Shown here: positions 1 through 12,866 of the stretch, one piece after another
How positions within the stretch are numbered: the first letter of the stretch is position 1
Layout of the letters: each line of letters begins with the position of its first letter
From: Pocillopora damicornis
Taxonomy: Eukaryota
DNA: 64,000 nt
Assembly: GCF_003704095.1 (NCBI RefSeq)
Contig: NW_020845867.1
Location: 682,001-746,000, forward strand
Direction: 5' to 3'
Notes under the pieces: generated by a model
What the model was told of the DNA's origin: nothing
Seen by the model: the letters and a program-made list of their open reading frames with translations, nothing else
Database searches by the model: none
Made by a program: the position numbers and the translations under genes

Positions 1-111
1 CCTAATGAAACTCACTGACATTACATTGTTATTTGGCACAGTAATTAAGGAATTTCAATACGTACGAAAACGAAATCGTGTCACTTAGGTAAAAGGAATA
101 ACCTTGATCAT

Positions 112-313
112 TTAACTTCCATGAGTGATCAAGACAGAATTTCTCCTTACAATATCAATACATAATCAAGCAGACAAGTGATGAGAAAAAAGAAGGAAAT
201 TCAATTAGAGGACTACAAGTGGATTCAATACCAAATTCTCCAAACTGACATCATGAGTATTTTATGGCAGACAGTAGGAAGAATTACTAATGAGATCTTG
301 AGGATAAAGGGGT
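112..313. mobile_element. ~200-bp piggyBac-type MITE (degenerate ends)
   Basis: Same internal sequence (gagtgatcaagacagaatttctccttacaatatcaataca...aataccaaattctc) as the copies at 28101, 37389 and 47321. Confidence 0.7.
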
Positions 314-360
314 GAAAGTAAACGTTTAAAGGAAATTAGTGATAAAAATACTGTTGATAC

Positions 361-567
361 CTTTAAGTCTCCAAACAACTCTCTGTTTCAACTTTCCAAA
401 TGCTGTTGCTAACATGTCCACAACTGTTCTTGGAAGAATCGAAGCCAAGTTTGATCCAAAGGAAACAATGATAAAACCATCCCCTCCTGGATTATCGACG
501 AATTCTTCTAGATCAGGAGGGAGTGGTTTACCTTCTCTGACACTCAGTGGTCCAACCATAATATTCC
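361..567 (-). CDS. UDP-glycosyltransferase exon, second copy (probable tandem paralog, partial)
   Basis: AG/GT-bounded exon encoding GNIMVGPLSVREGKPLPPDLEEFVDNPGGDGFIIVSFGSNLASILPRTVVDMLATAFGKLKQRVVWRLKG. Near-identical to the exon at 1418-1624 and separated from it by an N gap. Confidence 0.85.
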
Positions 568-708
568 CTTTTCAAAATAATACGAACAGAGATGAAACAT
601 TCACGAATNNNNNNNNNNNNNNNNNNNNNNNNNNNNNNNNNNNNNNNNNNNNNNNNNNNNNNNNNNNNNNNNNNNNNNNNNNNNNNNNNNNNNNNNNNNN
701 NNNNNNNN

Positions 709-3073
709 CTTTAGGATCCACAGCTAAACCAATACCCAGATTTTCTGCTTTTTTGGCATTGAAATGTTGGTCTGCAAATTGAGGGAAAGCCACTAAAGGA
801 ACTCCGTGGTATGCTGACTCATAGAGGCTGTCGTGTCCAACATGGGAGACAAAAGCTTTGATATTCTTGTGGGCCAATAGATCATTCTGAGGTAACCACT
901 CCACTATTTTTATATTAGATCCCAAGAAGGATGGAATATAACCTGTGAAAGCAGACAACTAGTTATAGGAAACACAAGGAATCAAATTTTGCCTACAATC
1001 CACAAAGCCGCAAACAGATTAGCGTTCGGATCTTTTTTCTGTAGGAGAAAGCAGCGTGTATGCACGCCTCACACATTCATCAACAAACATTTATTTCAAG
1101 TGCAAGGCTTAATTAGGCTTCTCATGGCAGCAACGGACGATTTTCAAAGTTGCTTTTTTTCTCGAGAGAAAGCTTAAGTCGTTCCAGTCTTTTCATCCTT
1201 TTCAACCATCCATAATGTAGTGATAGTTTTCTGTTTCCTTCAAACTGAGAAACGATTGGAAAATCTGATAGTCACGACGTAATGTAAATCTTTAATTGTT
1301 ATTTGGTAGAGTGAGGAATTTCCATCAGTGCGAAAACAAAACTGTGTCATTTAGGTAAAAGAATTATTTTAAAGTAAACGTCTAAAGGAAAGTAAATATA
1401 AAAAATATCATTGATACCTTTTAGTCTCCAAACAACTCTCTGTTTCAGCTTTCCAAATGCTGTCGCTAACGTGTCCACTACTGTTCTTGGAAGAATCGAA
1501 GCCAAGTTTGATCCAAAAGAAACAATGATAAAACCATGCCCTCCCGAATCATTTACGAATTCTTCTAGATCAGGAGGGAGTGGTTTACCTTCTTTGACAT
1601 TCAGTGGTCCAACCATGACATTCCCTTTTGAAAGTAACGCGGACAAATATGCAATATTTAGGAATGTATTTTGTTTAACAACAGAAACAAAGTGAGGAAG
1701 TGCAAATCTTAAAGGCTTTCCTTTCTTTCCTCTCCTTTTCCTCTTAATTTTCAACTTCTTTCCCCAGGTTTCTTCACTCACCTCGGTTCCACTTTCGCAG
1801 CTTGTTTTATAATGTCACGCAACACTCCCCATGACAACCNNNNNNNNNNNNNNNNNNNNNNNNNNNNNNNNNNNNNNNNNNNNNNNNNNNNNNNNNNNNN
1901 NNNNNNNNNNNNNNNNNNNNNNNNNNNNNNNNNNNNNNNNNNNNNNNNNNNNNNNNNNNNNNNNNNNNNNNNNCAACAAAAAAACTTTATAATCCAGGTG
2001 GTAGGAAAGGATAAAGCAGAAGAATCTACGCAGCATGCATCAGTCATTGTTCAATCAAAAATAAATGTTACTGTAAGTTCTAAGTGCGAAAACTTTTTCG
2101 TGTTGGATTCTTTGCGAGTTTGAAATTCATTATATAAGTCTTTTCAACCCGTGACTTGCGAAAGTTTATACTTACTGTTTCATTAGCGCCCTTTTATCAT
2201 TTTACTTCCACCTCATTGCCGCCTTATTGCTACTTCGCATAATTTATCGATGTACATATAGCAGTAATATGCCTGTTTTCTCGTTTTTTCGCGCTTAGCG
2301 CAGTTCAGTAAAGTACCGCTATTTTTTGCTCGTCCTCTTCTTTTTCTTTTTTTTTTTTTGACCTTAGCAGTTTCACAATTGCAGTATCAATCTTAGTCTT
2401 TTCTGTGGTACACAATTTCGTTCTAGCTTAGACTGAGTACCATCCGGCATAATGAGGTCAGGGAAAAATTACCTGGCAAAAGAGGTTGAGCGTACTCTAT
2501 CGCAAAATCTGCCCTGATTAAAACAAGTTCCACGCCGTCAACAGTCTCCTGGTAGCTTCTTTCAGTTGTGATGTTGTATTTGAGTTTCAAGGCATCCATT
2601 GGTCTTGCAAATAGCAGATCTTTGAACAAGCCTAGTCCAATGTACGCGACTACGTTGGTAACTCGTTGCAAAAATGTCATTTTGTCCGTGAATCCTGGAA
2701 GCACCATCATGGGGATGTAAGAAAGAGGAGTGGGTATCATATGGTCAAAAGGGTTATTAGGAGTCACCAACATTTGTACCCTCTGAACACCAAGGCGGTC
2801 ACCGATAAGGGCACCACATACTCCAAGTACATCGTACACAAGAAGATCATAGCCTCTAAGTTCCTCCATAATCTTTGTATCGTTCAAAACACTTTCACAC
2901 ACGGTGGATAGCACCTCCATCATTTTGGATAGAAGCCGAAACTTGTCACCTTCTAATTCGAGCTTCAGCAATTCATTTTCCATGAAGCCAGGCTCGTACG
3001 GTATTTTGAAAATCTTGTGTTGTACTCGGTCACTGAGCTGAACTTTCTCAGTCGACGGAATGACCATAGTTAC
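709..3073 (-). CDS. UDP-glucuronosyl/glycosyltransferase (GT1/UGT family), partial
   Basis: Exons 3073-2473, 1624-1418 and 942-709 (runs into gap), with consistent phases. Contains the UGT signature WLPQNDLLAHKNIKAFVSHVGHDSLYESAYHGVPLVAFPQFADQ, plus PLSYIP and MTFLQRVTN. First and last exons not found, possibly in gaps. Confidence 0.92.
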
Positions 3074-4885
3074 CTAGCATGAACACAAAAATTCAACTCT
3101 CTGGGAGAAAAAAAAGGTACTCTGACCACAAAGAAAAAAATACGTCAGTCTGGAACTCCTATAGCAGAGCATGGCGAGAGACTTCAGCGAAGCAAAAATA
3201 GGTTCGACAAATAATTTATCCAGAGTCTATCGAAACAACAAGAGATAAAAACTAAGAACAAACGAAATTTTGAAAATACTACGGATGAGCTGCTCCCCGA
3301 GTATCTATTATTTTGAATTATTTTGATAAGGGTTTGACACCCAGTTTTCCCAATTCTGACTTTAAACTTTGTCCGATTTAAGACCACGATTGTCAAAATC
3401 TAAACCAGTTTCCTTCTTAAAGACGTGAGCGATACCTTTGTCTCCTGTTGAAGTAAGGAATTACCACCCACAAGGATTGGATTGATAGACAGCTGCAGTA
3501 GGCGTGTAATTACGTTATTTGCGCGACCAAAGTAACACGCATCCAAATACCAAAATTCAAATTGTAAATTTTCGTAAAATCCGCCTTTTGTAACGCATGC
3601 AGTAGAAATCTCTGGCTCTTGATTTTCAATGCTTCGCAAGATATTGCGCAAATAAGGGCTTGCTCGACTCTTGAATAAACACTCAACCAATCTCTATTTG
3701 CATAATATCGATGTCACGGGAGGATTCTATTAATTTATTTTTTTTTAATATTGAATCTAAGAAGGTATTGATCCATATCACCCCTGTTCAGTTGCATCAA
3801 CCAAACTGATGGAAGGATTTTTGTATGTTATGAGGTAGCTGTTAAGTTTCGTAACGACTGACGTGGTTGATGCTAGCAGCTTTAATGTGTATCGAGATAA
3901 ATCAAGCGAAGTTATCGGTAAAGGTAATCTTCTATGTTGAGCCAGCTGTAGGTGTCTCAGGTTTTTAGCATTTGTTCATCACTAGCTTAACAAATTTCAG
4001 ACGAGACGGTATATGAAGCCACTTGAAAGAAGGTTCAGGTTTTTTAACCCACCAGCGCAGACTCAGCCTATTTGACAATGACCAAAATCGTCTCTTACCT
4101 CATGTCCTCGAGAAGCCAATTCTTCCAGAATACCCCTTAAGTTCATATACTGTGATTTTCCTATCGTGCAAAAGGCAGCAATCCGTGCTGAAAAAGCCGA
4201 ATTGACTGTCAATGACAGCAAAAGCATTGTCAACAACGCCATCTTTGAGCTGGTCCATATGCTGGATTTGCTGTGTTAGTCGGAGTACATAGTCACGCAA
4301 TCATTACCTCCTTGTGAATAATGATGCAAAAATAGCATCATCCGATATTAATCCCTGAAATATTTTCGGCTATGACGTCACTGTTCCACAGTCCACGGAC
4401 TGCGAGAGTCGAACTGTCCCCGTCCCCAGTAAANNNNNNNNNNNNNNNNNNNNNNNNNNNNNNNNNNNNNNNNNNNNNNNNNNNNNNNNNNNNNNNNNNN
4501 NNNNNNNNNNNNNNNNNNNNNNNNNNNNNNNNNNNNNNNNNNNNNNNNNNNNNNNNNNNNNNNNNNNNNNNNNNNNNNNNNNNNTTTGGGATTTGGAGGA
4601 TTAAAGGTTATAATCTGCAGTATTCGTGAAATATTTCCGTTTCTCAGTGTTATTTTTTTTTTTCAACAATTCTACAATCTTTCTAAAATAATATTGGGTT
4701 CTAACGAGCCTCATCTTCATGTTTGAGCGGGAATTCCCGGAAAAGAACCTATTTTTTTTTTCCCTGAAAAACGAAAGGACTTATCCGGTATAAATCTACG
4801 TAGTGCACAGACCTCTGTGATTCTCTTTCGGTAATTAATCCAGGAATTGATAAAAACGCAGTTTTTGCAATTGTTCTCTTCTAAT

Positions 4886-7716
4886 ATGAGTTATTCGAGA
4901 ACATACAGGAATTCAAACGGTGTCGGTGCCTACAGGACAAACTTAAACGAAGGACAAAATGAACGCCAAGGTGCTACCGGAAGTCAGGCGGAACAACCAC
5001 AACAAGAAGAAACGGCCGCGCCGAGCCTAGAAAGGCGAGTTCTTACCAAAAAAGAAAAAAAGGATTGAAACCCCCTTGCATTACAGTGTATCGATCTTAG
5101 CATCACTCGTGGAATTAGTAGAATATTTTACCGAAGTTCTCGTTTAGTTATCAACGCCGCGAATCCACCGAATAGAATTTACCTTATATTTCCACAAATA
5201 TTATTTGACATGTTTGAATTGGTCAAACCATTATTCTGGGGTGTATAAATCACTTATGTGCGGTTGAATCTTGTAGTTGAATTTAATCATTGAAATCAGT
5301 TGCCGTTTAGTAATTACTTTCATCAATTGCTTGAGACTGCAAGTTTACATGCTGACAAATTTCTATAATCACCCTAGAGTTAACAGGAGAGATGGATTCA
5401 CCATGTTTAGACCAGACGAAAAGAAGAGGGCTCATTTGACTGAAAGTATGCTTTTTTAATCAATTACCCCTAAAATATCTGTTGTCAAATACTGCTGTGT
5501 TAAATTAAGAACTGTTTGTATCATGTAGTTCTCATTCATTTCGATCAGGGACTTAATTTGTCAACTGCTTATTCTTTAAATTTTGGTGGAGAAAAATGAA
5601 GTTCTCGGATACACATCCTCAGACTAACCTATGAAGCTCAACAGCGGCGAGACATAGGCGAAGGACTTAGTGAAGAAGTGGATTGGTTTTTTTCGTTTGT
5701 TGGGGGCAAACAGGTTTCCCCGTGCACGTGATTTTAAGCATTGTCCTTTAGTTTGAGATGCTCAAAACAACAGTTTTTTCGAAGAACATTCACTATTATT
5801 AGCCTGCTGTCCTTTAAAAACACCTCACTCCCTAGCCTGTTATATTTGTAAGAACTGCAGTTGTCAGTATAGGTTTAAGTTTGATTCAGTCAAGAGCAGT
5901 CCACTACAACTCAGCGTAGACCAGTCCAGCAAATGTGGAAAATGTAAACATCAGTCCATTATAAACTGGGTTTACAACTTTTAATGCAGTGGCTAGGAGG
6001 GAAGAAGAAGATGCAAGGGCTCACAGAGAGGCCAGACGTGTACGACATGTTCATGAAAGACCTGCCAGAGTGGGTGGTACAACTGGGTACTCCACAGTCG
6101 TGAAGCAGAAACAGAAGGCTGTTACATCAGCAAGCAAAGGGCTAGAAATGCAGGTGATCACCTCTTATATATGAGTTGTGGTTACTAGAATGATGTGCAT
6201 AATTGGTGCAGCTTATCACATCCCAGTTTTTTAAAACAGTTTGACCACAGGTATTTCATCTCCTCTCGATTGAGAAGCTGATCCATGAGAGGTTACCTTC
6301 AGTCTTTAAATGATTTTTCTGAGTACCCATGAGTAACATTTGGGTGGAGTGAGGACTGAGAGAGCAAGTCCCCCCCCCCCTCCCCAGATAACCCAAAAAT
6401 GCAGTAACCCTCAGAAAGGCTCAATCTCTGACCTGTGGAGGCCCAGCCTCAGGAGGTCTTGCCAACCACCTCTCCTACATAGAGGTGTAGTGAGGGATAT
6501 TTGATTTCCATTGCTTCCCATGGAGATGCTAACTCAGGGCTCAGGGGATTAGGACATTTGTGATGTCTTGCTTGTTCAAGCTTGCAGTGGGCATTTTGGA
6601 GGGGAAAAAATGGTTGGCACTGACTTCAGAAGAACAGGGAAACATGAACAGGAGTATTTTAAATATTTTTGCTATCGGTGGCTTGGTCTGTTTGCCAGTG
6701 ACAGTTTTATCATAGTTGTGTTTGTTATGTTTAGAAAAAACGAGAGCAATGGCAGAGAGAGAAGAGGGAAAGAGAGGAGAAAGAACTTCAAGAAAAGAAG
6801 GCAAAAGCAAGGGCTCAGGTAGAAATATTTCCCTTAACCTTTTAACTCCCAAGATCTGATTGTTAATTCTCCCCTCTAGCTACTACACATTTCCTTGTAA
6901 ATTAGTTATGAGAGCTTGGAGCTAGATCAAGATAGTAGCTTCTACCTGATAAGTTTGAATATTCTCATTACCTGTTTGCTGAATAATGTATGGATATTAT
7001 AGGGAGAAGTTTCATGTTAATCACTTCTGGGTGTTAAAGGGTTAACCCTTTACATCCTTACATCAGTATGCATATTCTTCATTCTGTTCTCTGTACATTT
7101 CCTAAGGTGCTGACGAGGAGAAGTTGTTTTACAATCAAAAGCTTCTTAATTTGGTGCTCATCTCCATTTTTCTTGTCACCTAAGTATGATTTATTAGAGT
7201 AATGAGAAATTAGATTCTAGTCACTCTTAGGGGTTTAACAGTAAACAAAGTATGTAACTGTAGGTTACAGTGATCAGGCATCAACACACAGTGAATACCC
7301 TACTTGCAATGCATCCTTAATTTCAAGTGATTTCATTTACAAAATAACTTTGTTTGTTCTTTCTTGTTCTTTACTTCATTTATGTTTATCTTGCATTTGA
7401 CGGCTAAGACTACAATATTCACTAAATTGCATTTAACAGAGTTGTAAATATCATTGTTGTTCAATACTGAATCCATTTTTAATCTCCTTTACTAAAGTCA
7501 GAGAGGAATGAAGCTCTGAGGGCTGTTAGAGCTCAGGAAGCCATGGAGCGACACAGGAATGACCACAGATGGTAAGTAATTATTTAGTTTACGATGATAA
7601 AAATGTAAGAAACACATTATATATTCATTCTGTTTGATTTATACTTAAGCCTTTTTTTTTATTTTATCGTTCACAGGAAGAATCAAGAATTTCTGGATAG
7701 ACTTGAGAGGAAGTGA
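4886..7716 (+). CDS. EPSTI1: EPSTI1-like (epithelial-stromal interaction protein 1), 189 aa
   Basis: Six exons with matching phases: 4886-5034, 5387-5445, 5990-6153, 6735-6818, 7498-7571, 7677-7716. GFTMFRPDEKKR...HVHERPARVGG...KQKQ...REEKELQEKKAKAR...KNQEFLDRLE parallels human EPSTI1 as I recall it (YTLIAPN..RR...VHLVPRRLGG...RQKQQ...EEAELQKMKAIQR...KTAEFLSKL). Confidence 0.8.
6834..7239. mobile_element. Two adjacent piggyBac-type MITEs sharing one TTAA
   Basis: ttaacctttt...aaagggTTAAcccttt...ggggtttaa, with the shared TTAA at 7042-7045. Interiors match the 47628 copy and the 30416/33775 copies respectively. Confidence 0.75.
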
Positions 7717-8710
7717 TAGATACAATTATTATCAATGAAAAGGTACAAAAATCAATTGATCAAATATAAATGAAGTGCTAAATTGATATGGTTTGTGTCA
7801 GGCTGCTTAACTGTGAAAGGATTATGGTGAAAGTTTGACACGAGTCCCATTTAAGTATCCAAACTCATGACCAGTTTCATGGTTAGATGCCCCATCTAGC
7901 TCTGATGACAAGTGTCTTGTATTCTGTTGTTAAGCATTTGATCCCTGAGAGTGATTAGTATCTAATTTCTCCTTTCTTTATCAGCCCCAATTCACATTAA
8001 TAGGTCACGAAAATAATCACTAACTTAAGGAGTTCTTGATTTTTTAAAACAAATTCCCCTTGTCGGTACCTCAAGAAATGTATTGGGAACTGGGGGGAGA
8101 ATATGCAAACTGACATTTTTTGTGTTCAAGGTTTATGTCATGATCCACATCAACAATGACTGCATCCTGATAATACTGGACATTATTAGAGTTATATCAA
8201 TCCACTTTGTAACACTGATAATGTTCTTTTATGGATCTTGCAGGGTGTGTATTGGCTCTCCTGTGGACCTTGTTTAGCTTCTTCTCAGCATGTTTTTTTT
8301 GGGAAATTTGGTTTGAAACATTGAACACCAGACAGGACCATGTTTGAAATTTGTTATTATTATTTCTAAACATATTTACTTGAGTTATTCATATCCCTCC
8401 CACCCTAAATGCATTGTGGCATAGCACTTCTTACTGCCAGACAAATCGGATTACCAGTAGTTCAAATGGTGAATCCTGATTAAACAAGTTATATGTATGC
8501 ACAGAAAGGTAAATAATTTTGTTAAAGAAAAAGAACAGTGTACTACATTAGACTAGCTACTTAATTTACACAATTGCTTTCTGATGGTCTATCAAAGGAT
8601 CAATTCAAAAAGAAATTACAATTTTTTCCCATTGTTGTGTGAATTAAATACTATACAGCATATATATTTACTCCTGGTCATCAAACATTGACTTCCAAAA
8701 GAATGATTTT

Positions 8711-8777
8711 TCCCAGAGGGGGTCAGTTTGGAGCCAGTGGCACAACCACTTTTTGCTCCAAACGTCATAATCAGGGA
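8711..8777 (-). promoter_or_regulatory. SECIS element (form/type II) of SELENOT
   Basis: Minus strand: uccc-ugauu-AUGA-c-GUUUGGAGC-AAAA-AGUGG-uugug-CCACU-g-GCUCCAAAC-UGA-cccccucu-ggga. It has the AUGA/UGA core, a perfect 9-bp helix, unpaired As and an apical ministem, and lies downstream of a TGA-containing SELENOT CDS. Confidence 0.93.
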
Positions 8778-9452
8778 GTCCTCATCTTGAAAGCCAAAGA
8801 TCTGGAAAGAAAAGTGGAAAAGAAAAAATTACAAAGAGTGTCAAATTTGAGAGAACCTTCCCCCTATGTTCCTTCCTGTCCCAAACAGCATGGCAGCCAC
8901 AGATATCAGTTTTCAGAGTAATTCCCTGTTCTTTTGCATGATGAAAGTAAAATTTCTGTAGCTTAGTGCTACATGCAGTAGAGGCTCCTGGCCTCCAATT
9001 ACAGACATCCTTTCTTTTCATCAATACATTTTCAACACAAGACAAGAATTAGTTTACCCTTGGCAAAACAATAAGGACAGGAGAAAAAGATAACTCTGTG
9101 TGCTACAATCTTGGTGAAAATGACTTGTTTTTTTCCAGTAACTTCATCTCAATGACCAGGAGCAGGATGGTGAGACAGTTTAGTTTTCACCTCCCTTTTC
9201 ATGAAGTTTTAATTAATTGTATGCTAGAGTATAATTATAATTCACCAGTAAAATCTCTTTTAAAATATGAAGTCAAAGACATAAATAGCAACTACACTAC
9301 ATGTAGAGAGAAGGAAAAAGAAAAGTTTGTTAGAACAGGTTCATTAGCTGTAATTAGAATCCTAAAGATATTGCAAGTATGGCAATGCAAGTAAAGCATA
9401 TTAAAAAAAAGGGGAAAAACTTTGTACTTCTGGTAATTACAAAAAGACTTAC

Positions 9453-9573
9453 TTAATGTATAGGACTAAACTTGAGCTGATTTTCAATGATCTGATGAAG
9501 CTCACTGGGGTTTGGAAGGCGACCAGACTCAAGTTTGGACCAAATTGGCATATCTGAAAACAAATGAATAAAT

Positions 9574-9604
<31 letters not shown>

Positions 9605-12019
9605 TATTAGTGGGAGAGTATAACAGGGTAATTTAGACTTATCAATTGAGTCGATGACTTAAATTAGCCACTGTAAAGAGTTTCAAAACTGACATTTAGT
9701 GTTAGCCCTTTGTCAGAGTAAATGTTGAAGGGCTGATGCTCAAAATGTCAGCTTTTGAGCTATTTACCATGGCCAATTTACATTATCAACTCAGTTGATA
9801 ACACTAAATATCTGAAATCAGAATGGGAATGAACTTTACATCTAGAGGTAAATTACATAACAACTGCAATTTTCTGAGGCAAAATTGTCAAAATGAACAT
9901 ACCATTAAGTGACACTTCAAAAGCTCCAGTGGATATTAACTGCCCTTCAATCATGTTTGTGACAAAAAATATCAGAATACAGGCATACATCTGTGTAATA
10001 AAACAAAAAGAACCCTCATGACTTTTAGCTTTCTACAGTCCTTGTTGAAGACTTTGTGCTAAAAAAATTTGTTATTTTAGGTAAGTGTATGTTTTCTGAG
10101 CAGAGGATTGCAGATTAAGCTTTAAATTAGCCTAATTGATCATCCCTGCTGTAAGTCCACACAAGGGGCATGATGGTGGTATTGAAAGAAAAAAAAACTC
10201 TTGATAACTGGAATGTAACCAGTGGTATCTGTGATCAAATTTTACAGTTGCTTTCTACAAAAGGCTCCAAGAAGCCTGAAAATCATGATCAGTGGTGAAA
10301 GATCAATCAAATAGTCAAGAGTATTTTCTGAAGAATTTTTTTATAGGCACAACAAACACTAGCCCACAGATGGTTTAAATTGAGATCAAGACATTTTAAA
10401 TGTAGAACTCTGACGTAAATAGCAAATGAATGAAAAACAAGTTGCAGAAACCAATGAAAATGCTGGTTGCTGGTGATTCCCCAGAATACTGGGCTAAGCA
10501 TGTTGTGCAGTGTTCCAAGAAGACCAGTGGTTTGCTCAGTAAAGAACACTAGTTGCTGACAGAGATTGGTTTGTAAACCTCCAAAAGGGTTTCTAACAGA
10601 TTAAATACAAAACATCTTAAATACCTTGTTCTGTGTGGCCCAAATATAAGCTTGAGGTGGGTCAACATTAAGACTTTCCCATATCTGTAACCGCTCACCA
10701 AGAAGAACAATTGCCATGACAGCTAATTTGGCAAGACTGAGAACACTAGCCAACATCTGACGGGGACGGGGTGGGGGATAATTGTCGCCTTCTATGCGAA
10801 CTTTGGGAAAGTTTTGGTGAATGAATTGTGCATACTCTTCAAACACCTTTCTGTATCCTCAGGAATAACTAGAAAGCATGAGACAAGAGCAAACTAAGAA
10901 TACAATGCCACAAAGTTTTATCCAGGCAACAGGAGTCAAATTTATTCTGCTTTTGTTCACACAAATAGCATTTAGCTTAGATGAAGCATGTTCCCACCTA
11001 TAATGAACATATTGTTGAGTGCAGCAGCTGGAGATTGGAGTTCCTACTTTAACCATTTTAGTATTCTCCATTATTTTAAGCACATCAGGTAAAAGAAATT
11101 TTCAAGCCAGTAGAGTAATCTTTATACCTGTTACATTTTCAGGAATTCCAGCTGATTTTAGGCAGTGATATAGGGTGCTAAAGGCGGTAAATTTTACTGG
11201 TTACCGCCTGAAATAGAAGTAATTGTGTTTGAATAATAAATCCAACATTGAAATCAAATTGACATAACTAAGGTAAGCTAAAACATAATTTGAACCTGAA
11301 CTTGAAATTATTTTCTGCTATCAATATTTTCGCCTAATATCAAATAAAGTATTTTTTAACACATGGCATGAACAATCGATACACGCGAACACGCGTCCTG
11401 CTTTGTCAGATCTTGTCAAGCGTTCAAGGCTACATGCATGTCCTAAAAAGTTCATCAACCAAGTATTATGTCCATATTATCGTTAATGGCAAAGAAAGTT
11501 CCTTCGAACTTTAACATTAAACAATAACTTCCTTCTACTAAGACTACCCTTTTAAAAAATTCGATCCTAAGGAAATTAATATTAGACCTTGCTAATACTT
11601 CACTAAAACTCAGTGAGACTTCTTATACTTAATAAGCGTCGTACACTTCAATACTGTTTTTGCTAAGCTTTTGCTGATAGACATTTGGTAGATCTTAACA
11701 AAAGAGAAACATAGGAAAACATTTAAACTAATCGTTATTTACACACAAAGATGAAGATTGTGATATTTCTGTGAACTGTAGAATCAATCTTAGTTACGTA
11801 AATCAATTTTCTCGGAATTCGAGGAACTCGATTGTTATAGTGAACCACTTACCAATACAAAAATTTGATCGTTGGTCCTGTAAATACAGCCGCTTTTTGT
11901 AATCTGTCCATTTTTTCTGGATTTGAAGCTTGAACATTGGTGGGAAATATGATTTCTTTCACGGTCATGAGAGAGAAAACCGACAATACGGCCGCAACGA
12001 GGTATACGCTCGACGCCAT
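9453..12019 (-). CDS. SELENOT: Selenoprotein T (thioredoxin-like, CxxU), 199 aa
   Basis: Exons 12019-11853, 10868-10625, 9990-9903, 9553-9453. IKFLYC-Y-S-TGA(10861-10859)-GYRKVFEEY, RIEGDNYPPP, IEGQLISTGAFEV and IWSKLESGRLP are SelT hallmarks. Confidence 0.96.
9574..9810. mobile_element. Penelope-derived short repeat with two inverted degenerate hammerhead-like motifs
   Basis: Shares gaaactgtggtgct...gtgggagagtataa and aaattagccactgtaaagagttt...ttagccctt-gtcagag with 59360-59515. Lies in SELENOT intron 3. Confidence 0.6.
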
Positions 12020-12866
12020 CTTGAAGACGGCTTCCTTCGTGACTTGCGCATTGTAAAACTCTGACGTAAGCGAGATGAAACTTGCACGCTATCATCACGA
12101 AGGGAGGACTGAGTACAGCCTTTACTGTGCCGTCCTTGCCGACTGTTTCGGGGGCTTTGTTGTACTAGCCGTGGAACGTAAAATTTGAGTGTGATCGTGT
12201 CTTTTTATTTTGAATAGGGAATTTTTTTTTGTGCCCTTCATATGTGGTATTTTTAAACAGGTTCTAAAAATAACATTTTAAAAATTATGTTTGAAAATAT
12301 TACGCGTAGTTCCCGAAGCCTTTGTTACACGACTTACGAGTTCGGAAAATTTCTGTTTTCCAGGATTTTTATAACTTTGGGACTTCATATGGTCATGTGA
12401 TTTACACATGTATTCTTACCTTTGCATATTCCCAAAGAAACTAACTTCGCGAATGATTACGTTACATAATCCTACTTCCGGTATGTGCACTTTTAGGTCC
12501 AAAATGTATGTTTTATGATCGTCTTTCAAAGCTTTAGTTTCGGAATCATAAATACGTTTTAAAAGAGATATTTAAAAGCTAAGAATTTTAAATATGCATA
12601 CTGATATTTTGAAAAAATAACCACAGCCGTTTCTAAGGCATCATAAATCAGAGCCCACGATGTTTTGTGAGACGAAACAATTCTGTTGACTGCTGCTACA
12701 GCATGCGCAGAGAAGCGTTCGCGAAAAAATCACTGGGTTTCTCGTTTTGCCCCCGAATTTCAAAACTGTTCAATGTTTCCTATACGTTTAATTCCGATTT
12801 TACCGGAAACTGGCCACCGTTATCTTTGAAATTTCCTGGATGTGACAGAATTTTTGCGTTTAAACG

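Noticed and set aside
1778-2123. ORFs spanning N runs (also 339-782, 4372-4629, 57204-57435)
   Set aside because: They are artefacts of translating through assembly gaps or antisense to real exons.
3750-4320. Coding-looking stretch (ORFs 4023-4205 and 4100-4300) between UGT and EPSTI1
   Set aside because: No recognisable motif and stops in all extended frames. It may be a decayed gene or TE but cannot be supported without a search.
10601-10870. SELENOT as a pseudogene or truncated ORF because of an in-frame TGA
   Set aside because: The TGA is at the CxxU position and a canonical SECIS is present, so it encodes selenocysteine.
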